Assembly (NCBI GenBank): GCA_043228905.1
Contig: JBHGNT010000015.1
Location: 18,972,001-19,036,000 of the forward strand
Direction: 5' to 3'
Length of the DNA stretch: 64,000 nucleotides
From: Azolla caroliniana
Lineage: Eukaryota; Plantae; Polypodiophyta
Positions 27,060 to 42,556 of the stretch are shown here, piece after piece; position 1 is the first letter of the stretch; every line of letters begins with the position of its first letter. Both the position numbers and the translations under genes were made by a program. The notes beneath the pieces were generated by a model. That model was not told the DNA's origin and made no database searches. It worked only from the letters and a program-made list of their open reading frames with translations.

Positions 27060-28840
27060 AGACACACACACACACACACTTTGGCAAACATTTATAATGT
27101 TTGCTTTGATTTCCTTTCTTAATATTCTTTCTCTTTCCTTATATTAGAGTGTCTCACACATAATGCCACTTACTCGTACTTTGTATGAGTCTCTATCTTT
27201 TCTAAGAGGGACTCGGGCATGCATATTTCGTGTTTGTAATACTTCTACCTTCGTCAATTGTAATACCCTAATTTAGTCCATAAGGTCACAAGGTTTATTG
27301 GGATAATTCCTACCTAACAACATGTTACAAGCCTCTTGTTCCCCCATGACACTTTTTTTTTCTTCCAAACAAGGATAATATCCCTAAGCATGTACATGAA
27401 TATATGTACATATAGGTTATTACCCCCATGTTAAATTCTAACAGTCAACTTCACTAAATATGTACTTCGTTGTAGTGTAAAACCACTCCACCTTGTCCAA
27501 ACCCCGCCGGCAAAATATTCCTTTGTGATGGCATGAAATGTCGATCTTTGTAACTCTACCTGTTGCGTATTACCTTGTATGTTATTCAAAAAACCTTTGA
27601 GATTATATGCAATCTCTATCTAAATCCCAATAATTATCTAGGTAGGGCATTCTAACACATTTTAGAATACCTTTAAACATTACCAATTAGTGATACTACT
27701 TATGTTAAGGTATAATTTTTTTTGCATTAAGCCTTGTCCCCACAACACTTCAATACTTGTCACACCCCTTTGGGAGCTCTCTCGTTAGTTTGTTTTTTTG
27801 CCATAGTTGTTTTTTACAAATGTGTTGATTTGGATGCTTTCACGCATTATTATCAACCATCCTAATCTCAAACCAACTTCATGTTGGCCATATTATCTCT
27901 CCCCCCCACCCTTAAAACCTGAACCATGTCCTCCCATTTATGTAGCTTCAACCCCCTACTTCCCTCTAATTAGGAGTAAATATATCCAATATAATAATTT
28001 AGAATAAAATTCACTATTTGTGTGCCCAATTGAACCACCTTTTCTCTATATACCCTCCTCTAAATATATCCAATATAATAATTTAGCATAAACATCACTA
28101 GTTGTGTGCCCAATTGAGTTCCACCACTTTTTCTCGATACACCCTCCTCTGGTAGTACCCATACACTTGTCATAGTGCCCTCATTGCATACACCTCCCAC
28201 TTAACACCCTCATATCCTCTATACATGAAGGAAAATTTCATCATAGAATGGCAATAACATAATATATTCATATAAGAACATCCTTGGATTATACTTCTAG
28301 CCCTTATGGAGGAAGCAACCCACATAATGTAAATTTAAAATGTTACACCATACATCTTTGGTGGGCAACGTACATGTATACCAAAAATCTATACAGTGAG
28401 GACTTTATTAAGTTGACGAATTGTCATTGCTCATTGTCTAATAACCCCCGACACATATTCTACAATGGGCATGAACATATTTTTTGATGTAATCCAAAAA
28501 ATTGATTTGTGACTACCCAAATATTAGGTTGTTTTTATTATATATATTTTTATACATCAGGCATAAGATGGGTTATCCTAATTATATCAAGGCCCCGATC
28601 TTAGACTCAATGCATGGCAACTCAATAATATAAACAAGTGGTATGAAAAGAGTGTCATTCCAACACCCTTGTTGGTTGTGTGATATCAAACTCAACATAG
28701 TGAAATCAATGTGTATCATAAATCCTATGACAATGATGCCCATTAAATTGTCAGGTCTTATAGACGTAATCAATGTTTACAACTACAAAGTGACTACCTC
28801 GATACTTTATCTTTTCAAATTTCCCTCATGGACACAAATA

Positions 28841-29130
28841 TGTGTTGTACATGATCCTTCATAGCCAAAAATATCTATCATGCTTATGGAGATTGTACAA
28901 TGTACATATATGTGTGGCTTTGAACAGACAACTTAAGGATGATTGTACAACAACTTGAGGTTTGGTTCAAATTGCTTTCCAACACTCATAACTAAATGGG
29001 AGTGTCTAGTTGAAAAAGACTTAGATACGATTGTTCAATGTGTTGTACATGATCCTTCATAGCCAAAAATATCGATCATGCTTATGGAGATTGTACAATG
29101 TACATATATGTTAACTTTGAACATACAACT
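28841..29130. repeat. Direct duplication of ~90 bp, ~200 bp apart
   Basis: TGTGTTGTACATGATCCTTCATAGCCAAAAATATC.ATCATGCTTATGGAGATTGTACAATGTACATATATG at ~28841 and ~29039. Confidence 0.75.
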
Positions 29131-29643
29131 CAAGATAGAATTTCATCTACTATTAGTCCCAACTTACACATTAATATAGATATAATAGCCATTCACCCTA
29201 CAATGCCTGCGCCAACAGATTTTGTGGTACACCAACATACATTTTCATTCATTAATTATGAAACAAATATACAAATATACACAGATATGAACATAGATAC
29301 AATATCAACATACATACATAGATACACAAAAATTGTCCTCCCCAAATTTTCTAAGTCCAAAGATTTTGTGCCATGCTAGAGTTAATGTTTTTACACCCCC
29401 ACCCCCACCCCCCAATTATGCATAGCCAAATTATCGTGTGCGATACATATGAGGATACAAATACCAATTATCGAGACCTAAGATCCAAGACCCGAGACTG
29501 GGAGCTAACACCCAAACTGAGGTCAAGAGCCAAGGCTCGAGACTTGAGAGCCAAGACTGAGACCGAGATCCGAGAGCTGAGAATTGAGACCTAAGATAGG
29601 GAGCCAAGACCAAGACTGAGAGTCGAGACATGAGAGCTAAGAC

Positions 29644-30120
29644 TAATAATCGGCAACGGTTCTGTTTGAGAGGGTCTAAACCGTTAATTTTTTTTGAAAC
29701 TTGAACCAAACCGAACCGTTAAACCATTAAACCGTAAAAACCACGGTTTCGTGGTTCGGTTTCGGTTTTCAACATAGGTCAAATTTTTAATTTTTTAAAA
29801 TTTATAATATTTCATTTAAATTTTTTTTAAATTTTTTTTAAAGATGTTCCTAAAATGTGAGAATAAGGTCTAATAATGAAAAGATTGTTTAAAAACAAAT
29901 TTTAAATTTTTTTAGAATTGTTTTTAAATTTTTTAAAAATAAAAATAAAAAATAAAAAACCATTAAACCGTTTTAGCCGCGGGTTTTGACTGTTGAAACT
30001 GAATCGATACCGAACCGAACCGAACCGAACCGAACCGTTAATAAAAACCTAGGTCCTAAACCTGATCTGAACCGTTGAAACCGTTAAATCGCGGTTTAGC
30101 AGAACCGTTGCCTATTGTTA
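29644..30120. mobile_element. Non-autonomous hAT-type MITE (477 bp) inserted into a (GAGACC/T)n-like low-complexity tract
   Basis: TIRs TAATAATCGGCAACGGTTCTG / CAGAACCGTTGCCTATTGTTA. Exact 8-bp TSD GCTAAGAC at 29636-29643 and 30121-30128. AACCG subterminal repeats. Confidence 0.92.
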
Positions 30121-30989
30121 GCTAAGACCTGAGATTGAGAGTCAAGTCCTTGACCGGGACCGAGAGCGATGGCATTAGTTGTCCGGACACAGTGTGAAAA
30201 CCAGAGTCAAAATACATACATACATACCTCCTACGGATGGAAGAAAGACTTCCGAAGAATCATCATCTGCAGAGCGATGGAGATTCTGGCCTGCCGTTCA
30301 AGCTTCCATTTGCTGGCTCGCTCATAGCAGCAACTGTATCTTCTCCATATGTCTCTTACGGTTAGTTCTTCTTTTGCATCCCTTCTCTCTCTACCGTTTC
30401 TCTCGTATAGTGTGTCGTTCAAGAACATCAAACAATCTTTCAGAAAACATTTCGTTTCTCTCTATAATTGTTACTTTGCAGCTACCGTAATTTACTACAG
30501 TTGAGTTTTTTTTTTTTTTTTTTTTTCTTCTTCTTCTTGATTTTCTTCTTTCTCTATGCTCTCAAAACTCTCCTCTTCTTCTCTCTCATTCGTTACATGT
30601 TCTGTATTTGCATTTTTCGTTTATATTTTGGATGAAGTGAGGGTGGAAATATATGGGAGGGAGGGAGACAGAGAGATTTTTAGCATCCATGGAGGCCAAA
30701 GACCCATAGGACTTTAGTACAAAAGTTATTTTTATGTGTGTCTCCTTCCTAAGAAGGGATATTCATACTTTGAAGTACCAAGACTCGATGAGAGAATAAG
30801 GCATACACATATGAACTCAACCTTCTAGGTTTTTCCTTTAGTATGATACTCAAGTCCTCACCCCCCCCCACTTAATATATCATCATTATATGTAGAGCAT
30901 TGTAAAAAGCAAGGGATATTCATCCTCTACTAACCCTTCCTTTAGAGAGAGAGAGAGAGAGTAGTTAAGAGAACATCTTTATTAGAAAT

Positions 30990-33900
30990 GGGGTATGGTC
31001 TTGCAAACTAGTTTTGCCCAACATGAGCTCATCAGTTCTAAAGACCATATACAACAATGTGGAGGAGTTTTTGTGGGGAGCGAGAGAAGGAGAGGTGTGA
31101 GAGAGAGGAAAGGGGGGGGGGGCTTAAATGTCTTTTAAAGAAGGATGTGGGAGTTAGGGTTTAGGGTAGATAGATAGTAATGTGTTATAAGGTTATCAAA
31201 GTGTGATGGTAGATTTATGATGATAAGGACATTGAGGAAGATATGCTTTTGTTGACCTTCGGGTTGTTGACCGTTAAGGTCTATACAAGGAGTGCCAGCA
31301 GTACATCAATTGGTGGATATATGTACGTTAGAAGAGAGGATGCGTAGTTGTGAGAATGGATGGGAGTAGAGGAGGACGAGAAAGGAGAAGAATGAGAGAG
31401 TGTGTGAGAGTGAGGGAGTGAGAGAGTAAGAGAAAGGAAGAAGTGAGGGAGAGAGATGGAGAAAGTGAGAGAGAGAGAGACGGAGAGGAAAGGAAAGAGA
31501 AGGGGAGAGATAGAGATAAGAGAAAATATTGAATTTTTTTAGAAAAAGATGGTCTATTATTAGCAAACTCATGTCATTCACAATAGGATTTCTTTGGTGC
31601 CAAATGACCATATACGATATGTGGAAAGGTTTATATAGGAGGGTAGAGGGGTGGTAGTGGTAGTGGTAGTGGTAGTGGTAGTGAGAGTGAGAGGGAGAGT
31701 GAGAAGAGGGAGAGGGAGAGAAGAGAGAGGGGTGTAAATGTAGGAAAAGAGGAGTATGGGAGTTAGGGAGAATGATAGAAAAGTGTTTTAAGAGTATGAA
31801 AGGGGGTAAATGATGATGGGGATATAGTTATTAAGGGGGATTTGGAGATCTTTTAAAGTTAGTTTTTCCTAAGTAGGAATGAAGTGATTTGGACTTAGTC
31901 CAACATATGAAGGGTTTGGATATTTTTGTTAGTTGTGGGTCTAAAGTAAGATCTAAGTGTAAGTTTTTGGTATACTTAAGTCTGAAAATAGTGCGGGTGA
32001 GGGTATTTTTGGGTGCGTGTTTATAAAGCAGGGTATTCCTAATAGAGAACGGAAAGTTTCTATAGATTCTAAGGATAAATAAGGGTGGGTAAACCTCATT
32101 TTATAAACCAATGAAAGAAACGTTTTTCATTTCTGAAAACTGTAAGTCAATGCTCTCTCTAACGAGGTATCATTTTAACTTCTTAGTGATAATGTGTTTC
32201 TTTACATGGAAGGGATGGTTAAATGAGAACGGTAGATATTGGTAAGAGTTTAGGGGCTTGCTAAAGCTATTAAAGGTGAATCTAGAGTGTTCTAATTTAA
32301 CACATAGATCTAAAAAAGGAAGCCTAGTGGGCGAGGTTTGTTTAGTGAGTTTAAGATAGTGATTGGTGTGTAAACTAAAGTTTAGAAACTCAAGGAGTTG
32401 GGGGAATGAGTGTAATGATGGCTATAGATGTATGGGGGGTGCTCTTAATGTGATGGAAAAGGGTTTTAGGATGGAGGTATAATATTAAGGGGGGGATTTG
32501 GGTGAGATTTTGAAAACTTAGTTTTAACTAAGAGGGCATGTATGGACTTGGATGTTGTCCAACATATGAAGGGGCATGAGATGCTAGTAAGCTCAGGATC
32601 TAGTACTAGATCCTTATAGTTTTTTTTAAAGAAATTATGAATGCCTAAATTTGGGGTATTTTTAGTGTATGTAAGTTAAATGATTGTAGGGTTAAGAGTA
32701 GTTTTGGGTTGATATAGGAGTGTTCTTATGAAAAAGGTAAATATTGGTATAAATTGAGAGGTTTTCGAAAGCAATTAAATGAAAAAAGTAAGTTTTCTAG
32801 GTTGATCCATATGTCTAAGAAAGGTAGCCTAGAGGGGTAAGTTTGATACAACTATTTGTGTGTAAAGGGTAAAAGTCAAGATATTCTAAAAGCTGAGATT
32901 TGGTGCATGTCCAGACCCCAAATGTATCATCAATATAACGGGTGAAATAGAAGAGATGGGGGGCGGTGGTTGTAAGTTTTTGAGATATACTAAAAAGAGG
33001 TAGGCATATATGACTCAGAAGTTGCTACTCATAGCTGTACCTTTTATTTGCTGGTTAGACTACGTTGTCAAAAGTGAGATAGTGGTATTCTAAAATAAGG
33101 GCAGTAAGGGTATACATGATATTAGTTTGAGGGGAAAAAATGGGGTGTGATTATACTACGTAAGGCTTGGAGTCCTAGTTTAGGGGATATTGGGATAGAG
33201 ATATTCTACGTCAAAAGTGAATAAGAAACTATTAGGTGGTGGGTGTACGTTTTTTAGTGATTGGATTAATGTGTGGGAGACTTTTAGATATTGTGGTTAG
33301 AGAAGAAGTATTGGTAGAAGTTGGGTGGTGTAACCACTTGAATGTTTGTTCAAATGAGTTGTTATATGAACAAATGGATCGAAAACCCGTAGGGGTTTTG
33401 TGTAACCTAGGGGGGAAGTAGATGTTGGATACTTGATATCCTTTTAAAGGTTTGTGGAGGATGAAATTGGCTTCAGTTATGGACAGTGTACCTAAGTCTT
33501 TTGTTATTATATTATTGAGGCGGTATAATAGTCCTTACAGGGGGGAAGTGGCTAACTCCCTTATAGGTGGTAGAATATGAGAGGTGTTCTATAGCTTTGG
33601 TGTAGTATATGTCTTTATCGAGGATACATACGCCTATATTTTTATCAGCTAGGAGGATGATGATTTGTTTGTCGTTTCGCAGGTTTTTAAGAGCTCTAGA
33701 GAGGTGGTATGGGATTCTAATGTTTTTGGGCTTAGAGTTGTTTACTATTTGGTTAAGGATGTGTTGGTGTCTGTTTATGATGAGAACTAGGGGTGGATAT
33801 TCTATGGGTGGTAGCCAACTAGGGCTAGGTAGTTTGGAAGGGTTGAGGCAAAATGAATCTGTATCCTTGAAAATAAATGTTTTAGTTTGAGTGATCAACA

Positions 33901-34240
33901 AAGGTGCATGAATTCTTTTAGGATATTGTTGGGAGAGAGTGGTGGGGATGGTGGGATGTCCTTAAGGCTTAGGCTAAGCAGTTGTGTTTCATTTTTAGTG
34001 AGTTTATGTTTAGAGAGATTTGTTCCTACTCATAATCCTTTGCTTACTAGAAAAGGTTTCCAAAATTTGGTTCGATGTTTTGTATTATAGGATTTTCCAG
34101 TATGTGGAAGGAAGGGAAAAGATGTTTGTGTTTTACCTAACCACATATGTGTCTTGGGTAGAGGGGGGCCTATAAAGTAGATAAAACAAACGTTTACATG
34201 GGTGTAAGGTGTGTCTAAAATGTTTATTAACACGTTTAGC
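30990..34240 (-). mobile_element. Degenerate Penelope-like retroelement (PLE) with partial tandem 3' copies
   Basis: NLS...LT..E..LLSL, ALKNLRNDKQIIILLADKNIGVCILDK..Y, FDVEYLYPNIP, QIKGTAM, YFTRYIDDTFGVW (~32910-32950), KPLNSYQYLPFS..HP. The 3' segment is repeated (31850-31920 vs 32510-32580). Confidence 0.85.
30995..31048 (-). ncRNA. Degenerate type I hammerhead ribozyme at a PLE end
   Basis: Minus strand reads UGGUCUU uagaa CUGAUGA GCUC auguu GGGC AAAAC UA GUU ugc AAGACCA. It shows the core CUGAUGA, stem II, stem I pairing and a minimal palindromic stem III; GAAA is mutated to AAAA. Confidence 0.6.
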
Positions 34241-34479
34241 GCGCCTAGCTACCCATTTTTTGGCTTACTAGATTATGGGTCAACTAATGGTTTTTGAGGG
34301 TTCCACACTTCCACACTCCCACCTCACACCCTCATAACTTAACTATTTATCCCCGACATAAAAACCACAAAAACTCATCACATAACAAAACAACCCCAAC
34401 ACCTCATCCCCATAAAAAAGCACTAGGTCACCCACAATCTAATAGGCCAAAATATAGGTAGCTAGGCATGCTAAATGTG

Positions 34480-36356
34480 TTAAATAAATATTTTGGACAC
34501 GTCTTACATCTAAGTAAACGTTTGATTTATCTATTTCATAGACCCCCCCTTTACCCAAGACACATATGTAGTTAGGTAAAACACAAACATATTTTCCCTT
34601 TCTTCCACATACTAAAAAAATCCCATAATACAAAATGTCGAACCAAATCTCTAGTAACCAAAGGATTATTAGTAGGATCCATAATATCTCGAAATCCTCT
34701 CTAAAAATTAAAGCCAACTCCTTAGTCTAGGTCTTAAATACATCCCACCATCCCCGCCACCTTCCCCCAACACCATTATTACAGAATTCACCCATTTATG
34801 CAGATCACTTAATACTTAAACACTTTTTTAGAGATGTCGATTCACCCCCACTCAGTCCTTTCAAGTTAACAAACCCTAGTGGGCTACCACCTACAAAATG
34901 TTCACTGCTAGAGTCCATAATAAAAAAGCACCAACATATCCTTAGCCAAAACCTCCATAGCACTAGTCCCAAAACCACTAGGGTACCATACCCACCTCCT
35001 TAGAGCCCTTGATACCCTTTGAAAAAACAAACAAATCATTATCTTCCTGGCCGACAAGAATATGGGTGTTTGTGTTTTGGACAAGGACACTTATCATGCC
35101 AAGGCCATGGAACAACTTTCAGACACCACCACTTATAAAAAAGTGACACACTTTCCCTTAGAAGAACTATTATACTGACTCAATAGTATAGTTAAAAAAA
35201 CTTAGGGACACTCTCTATGACGGAAGCCAACTTCATCCTTCACAAGCCATTGAGAGGATATCGTGTATCCAATATCTACTTTCTCCCAAAGGTGCTTAAG
35301 GCACCAATTGGTTTTAGGTTTATATGTTTGTAATGTTTGTATAATGACTCTATTTTCAAACAAACCTCCAAATGGTTACAACACTAACTCCTACCCATCC
35401 TACTTCTCTAGCCTCAATATTTTAAGGATTTACACTTTCTTATGCTAAAACTACATCCTCCTTCGGATAGCTTCCTTTTTCCCTATGATATAGAATCACT
35501 CTACCCAAGCATTCCTCCCAAAGTAGGTCTAGAAGCACTACGGAAAATTATCTAACCCCTCTAAAGCTAACCATATATACACTCTTAGTGCGGTAGTCCT
35601 AGATTACAATGTCCTATCCTTTGACTCACAAATCTATCAACAAGTCGAAGGAATTGCAATGGGTAGGAATTTCTTCGGAGTCTATGTTTGTCTTTTCCTA
35701 GCCCACTGAGAAAAAAATCCCAACAAACCCCTGATCTCTACGTTTTCACTAGATACATAGATGACGCTCTTGGAGTATGAACTGGTACTAAACCCCAACT
35801 CCTTAGGTTTCTAACCTTCTATAGTTTACACACTAATCACTTTTTTAAACTCACTAGACAAACCTCACTCACTAGGCTTGCTTTTTCAAATCTATGGACT
35901 AACTTAGAAAACTCTCGATTCACCTTTAATTGCTTCCGAAAACCCCGAAACTCTTACCAATATCTACCGTTCTCATCCGACCATCCCTTCCATGTAAATA
36001 AACACTATCACTAACAAGTTAAAATGATACCTCATTAGGCCCACAACTCATTGACATACCCAAACCCTTTATATGTTGGACTAAGTTCAAATCATTTCGT
36101 TCCTACTTAGTAAAAACTAACTTTAAAAGATCCCCAAATCCCCCTCAATAACTATATCCCTATCATCATTTACCCCCTTTCATACCCATAAATCACTTTT
36201 CTATCTCTCTCCCTAACTCCTCTTTTCGTACATTTACACCCCTCTCTTTCTCTCACTCCATACTATCATCCCCCTCCGCTCCTATGTAAGCCTCTCCACC
36301 TATTGCATATGGTCATTTGGTGCTGAGGAGCTCCTATGGTGAGGGAAACTAATTTT
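34480..36356 (+). mobile_element. Degenerate Penelope-like retroelement, inverted copy relative to 30990-34240
   Basis: QIIIFLADKNMGVCVLDKDTYHAKAMEQLSDTTTY, YDIESLYPSIP (~35485), QQVEGIAMG (~35640), FTRYIDDALGV (~35750). Collinear reverse-complement similarity to the left copy. Confidence 0.85.
36310..36356 (+). ncRNA. Degenerate hammerhead ribozyme motif at the 3' end of the plus-strand PLE
   Basis: UGGUCAUUUGGUG CUGAGGA GCUC cuauggu GAGG GAAAC UAAUU. The CUGANGA and GAAA cores are intact, stem II has one mismatch, and the 3' arm of stem I is lost. Confidence 0.5.
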
Positions 36357-38732
36357 CTATGTAATCCTTCCTAAGATGAGATATAACCCACCACCATTCA
36401 AGTTTGTTCAATGCTTGGGATGCAATATTATGAGGTAGTGATTTATACAGACCAGTTGCCTTTCGTAAGTTTCTCACAACTCCCCAAAGTTTGTGTACTC
36501 TCAATGTGTTCAACATGTAAATGGATCTTTTAATGTAGACTGTCGATCCAATACTTGAAAAGCATGCAGTTACATCAGGCAATCTTAAATTCAATAGCGC
36601 ATTTTGTATCTTGTAGAGATCGTAAAATTAAACGTTTCTTTTGCAAGCAAATCACTCGTGAAGCTAACAAATTAAGTTAAAACTGCTTGATGATCCAGGT
36701 CAGAGGGTATTGATGACCAGTTGTAAAAGAGTTTTCTTCTGCAAGAATATGATAATGAAAATACATGGGGGGTATGAAATCAGTATACAAAATGGAGACC
36801 TGTCTTTATGAAATTTAACAAACTTCAATAGAACCACCAAAATATAACAGGATGGGGGTTCTAAGCTCTTGGGGATTTCTCATGTTTCTATCCACATCAT
36901 CGTTCATCTTTCAATCGCTTTTAATGAGTTCAAATATGACTTCCTTCCTCTGGTCTTTTGTCTCCTAATGATAATATGTGAAGGAATCAGTACGGGTATT
37001 TGGTAACACTGAAATGATTAAGGATAGTATGTGTTTTATTTCATTTTATTTGGTATATCTATCTGATCTGCAGTTTAGTTGGTAAACTTTTCATTTCTTT
37101 TTCATGTGTTTATATTGTCTTCCTACAGGATTTGTCAAAGCTTAATAGAGATTCTGCTTAGGTTATCTTCCTAAGTGCTCATGCGAAGGAAACATGCCTT
37201 CAACATGAGAATACAGTGCCTATTAAGCCATGGAAACTTGAATCAGATGACACATAAGTCATCTGGATCTCCTCCCATTCTTTGAATGCAAAGTGTGTTA
37301 TTCCACCATTCTTGTTGATTTCAGTTAACTTTGTTATGGATTTTGTTTTTGTCTTTTTAACATAAATCTACACAGATGTTGCACAATTTCAGCTGGCAGA
37401 CATTCAACAAGTAGTGGGGTGACCATGATATACCAAGTGAGTTCTTAATGCGAACAAAAGACTATCAAAGGTTACACCTCGTTGTTGACCTTTATGAGTT
37501 TTTAACAATTTGTTATAGAAATTCTTTGGCTGATTCGTGTGATGTTCCTTGACCATTGGCAGGAAAATGCATGAATTGAAGTCTCAGAATCCATTTGTCT
37601 GGAGTTGAACTAGGCAGGAAATCTGTACCTCTAATTTATTCTGTGCGAATGGAATCTTTAAGGTTCTCATACTTTGCCAATTTTGGTTAGGAATCCTAGT
37701 GAGACTTGAGTTTTTGTTTAACCCCTTCCCTTCGAAAGAAAGGCTAGATACAGTTTTGTCAGTTCAGGTGGTTATTGTTTAATATTACATATGGTTAGTA
37801 ATCAGATCTTTATAACCGAAGATGCTCATGGTCAACCCAACCCATAGTGGAAAATCATATTCTTCATGCTGCCTTTCTTATATTACCTCTATAGAAGGTC
37901 ATTAATATCAAGATGGCAGACTGAGGTTTTAATCTGCTTTTGAAAGGCCCTTCCAATTGACCCTATTAACCATAGCGATTTTTGCAAATTACAACTATAG
38001 CATAAATTTCATTTAACAAAGCTCTATACTTAGCTCTTATGATCCGAAGGTTATTTCTCATGGGATGCATTTTGATATATATCATAATGTTCTTCTACCC
38101 ATAGGTTTCATGAATCCTTGAAACTCATTTTGGATCAAGAAGGCACAGGGATTTTTTGTTGCATTCTCAATGCTTATCAATGCACTTGGGTTTATTTATG
38201 TTGCATATGTGGAGGTTATGGTCATAGTTCACTGCCTTGGTTTACGAAATAATCTTGGACATTTCAGGGTGGTTTTAGTTAGTAGTTATATGGGTATTCA
38301 ATCAAGATTGAATGACAGTTGATGGGAAATATTGTGTTGACACTTGATCCAATATCAGGCATATTTAGAAATGGTGACATTTCATCCAGTATAATGTACC
38401 AAGCTACTTTTTCTGTATGTGACAATTCTCATATTGTCTTGAGTTCTGTAAGTGATTATGTGCATGATAAATTTAGTAGACCTACTGTAAAATATACATT
38501 CTAGAAGCCAAAGTTATGTCCCATAATTTATACATAAACGCATTCTTTCTTTCCCCTTGAGGAACAGGCAGACAGAAAGAGATTGCGTAATCTTCATCAT
38601 CGACAACTTGATGAGAATGAACTAGTTACAAAGAAACGCCACTGGGGAAGACCATCAATCGGTGAAGACACCATTTTCTATACAAACTCTTACCTATCTA
38701 TTTACCTATCCATTAAATATACATGCTGTCAT

Positions 38733-41851
<3,119 letters not shown>

Positions 41852-42274
41852 GGCTCCTCAATGATGATGAACGAAGCGGTGATGTGATTATCGCAATGTG
41901 ATGATGATGCAAAATGGAATGGATGGAAAGGAAATGCTTTTGTTGTGTTTGCAGACAAGAGGTATTTCCTGTTTAGGGTTTGCAAAGTATATGTTTTCTG
42001 TTTGTGTTCTTCTTCTTCTTCTTGTTTGTTTGTTTGTTTGTTTGGTTTGTTAGGATAACAAGAGCAAAAACAAAAAAAAACAAGGAAGAGGGGGGGAATC
42101 ATGGCTTTCCTCTCATACATTTAAAAATGAAAAACAAAGGATCAAAAAATGAATGGAAGACAGAAGGAAAGCTTGATCACGCGGACCTTCTCTTTCTCTC
42201 TGTCTCTCGTGATTCTTACAAAATCTTATAAAATCAAATTCCCCTGCTCCCCAAAACATAACAAAACAAACCTG

Positions 42275-42556
42275 GTTTTCTTTATTTCCCTAAATGCCCC
42301 TTCAGCTTTTATGTTTCCAAAAAGAAAACCTAATTTTCTTTATTTCCCTAAATGCCCCTCCATCTTTTATGTTTCCAAAAAAAAAAAACAAAGTTATTTT
42401 CTTTATTTCCCTAAATGCCCCTCCAGCTTTCATATTTCCCAAAAAAAACAAACTGATTTTCTTTATTTCCCTAAATGCCCCTCTAGCTTTTATGTTTCCC
42501 AAAAAAAAAACTGATTTTCTGTATTTCCCTAAATGCCCCTCGAGCTTTTATGTTTC
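42275..42556. repeat. Minisatellite, ~5 copies of ~60 bp, upstream of the CDPK
   Basis: Repeated TTTCTTTATTTCCCTAAATGCCCC...GCTTTTATGTTTCC(A)n. Confidence 0.9.

Noticed and set aside
31150-31170. TTAGGGTTTAGGG telomere-like motif
   Set aside because: Only about 2 units, within purine-rich PLE sequence.
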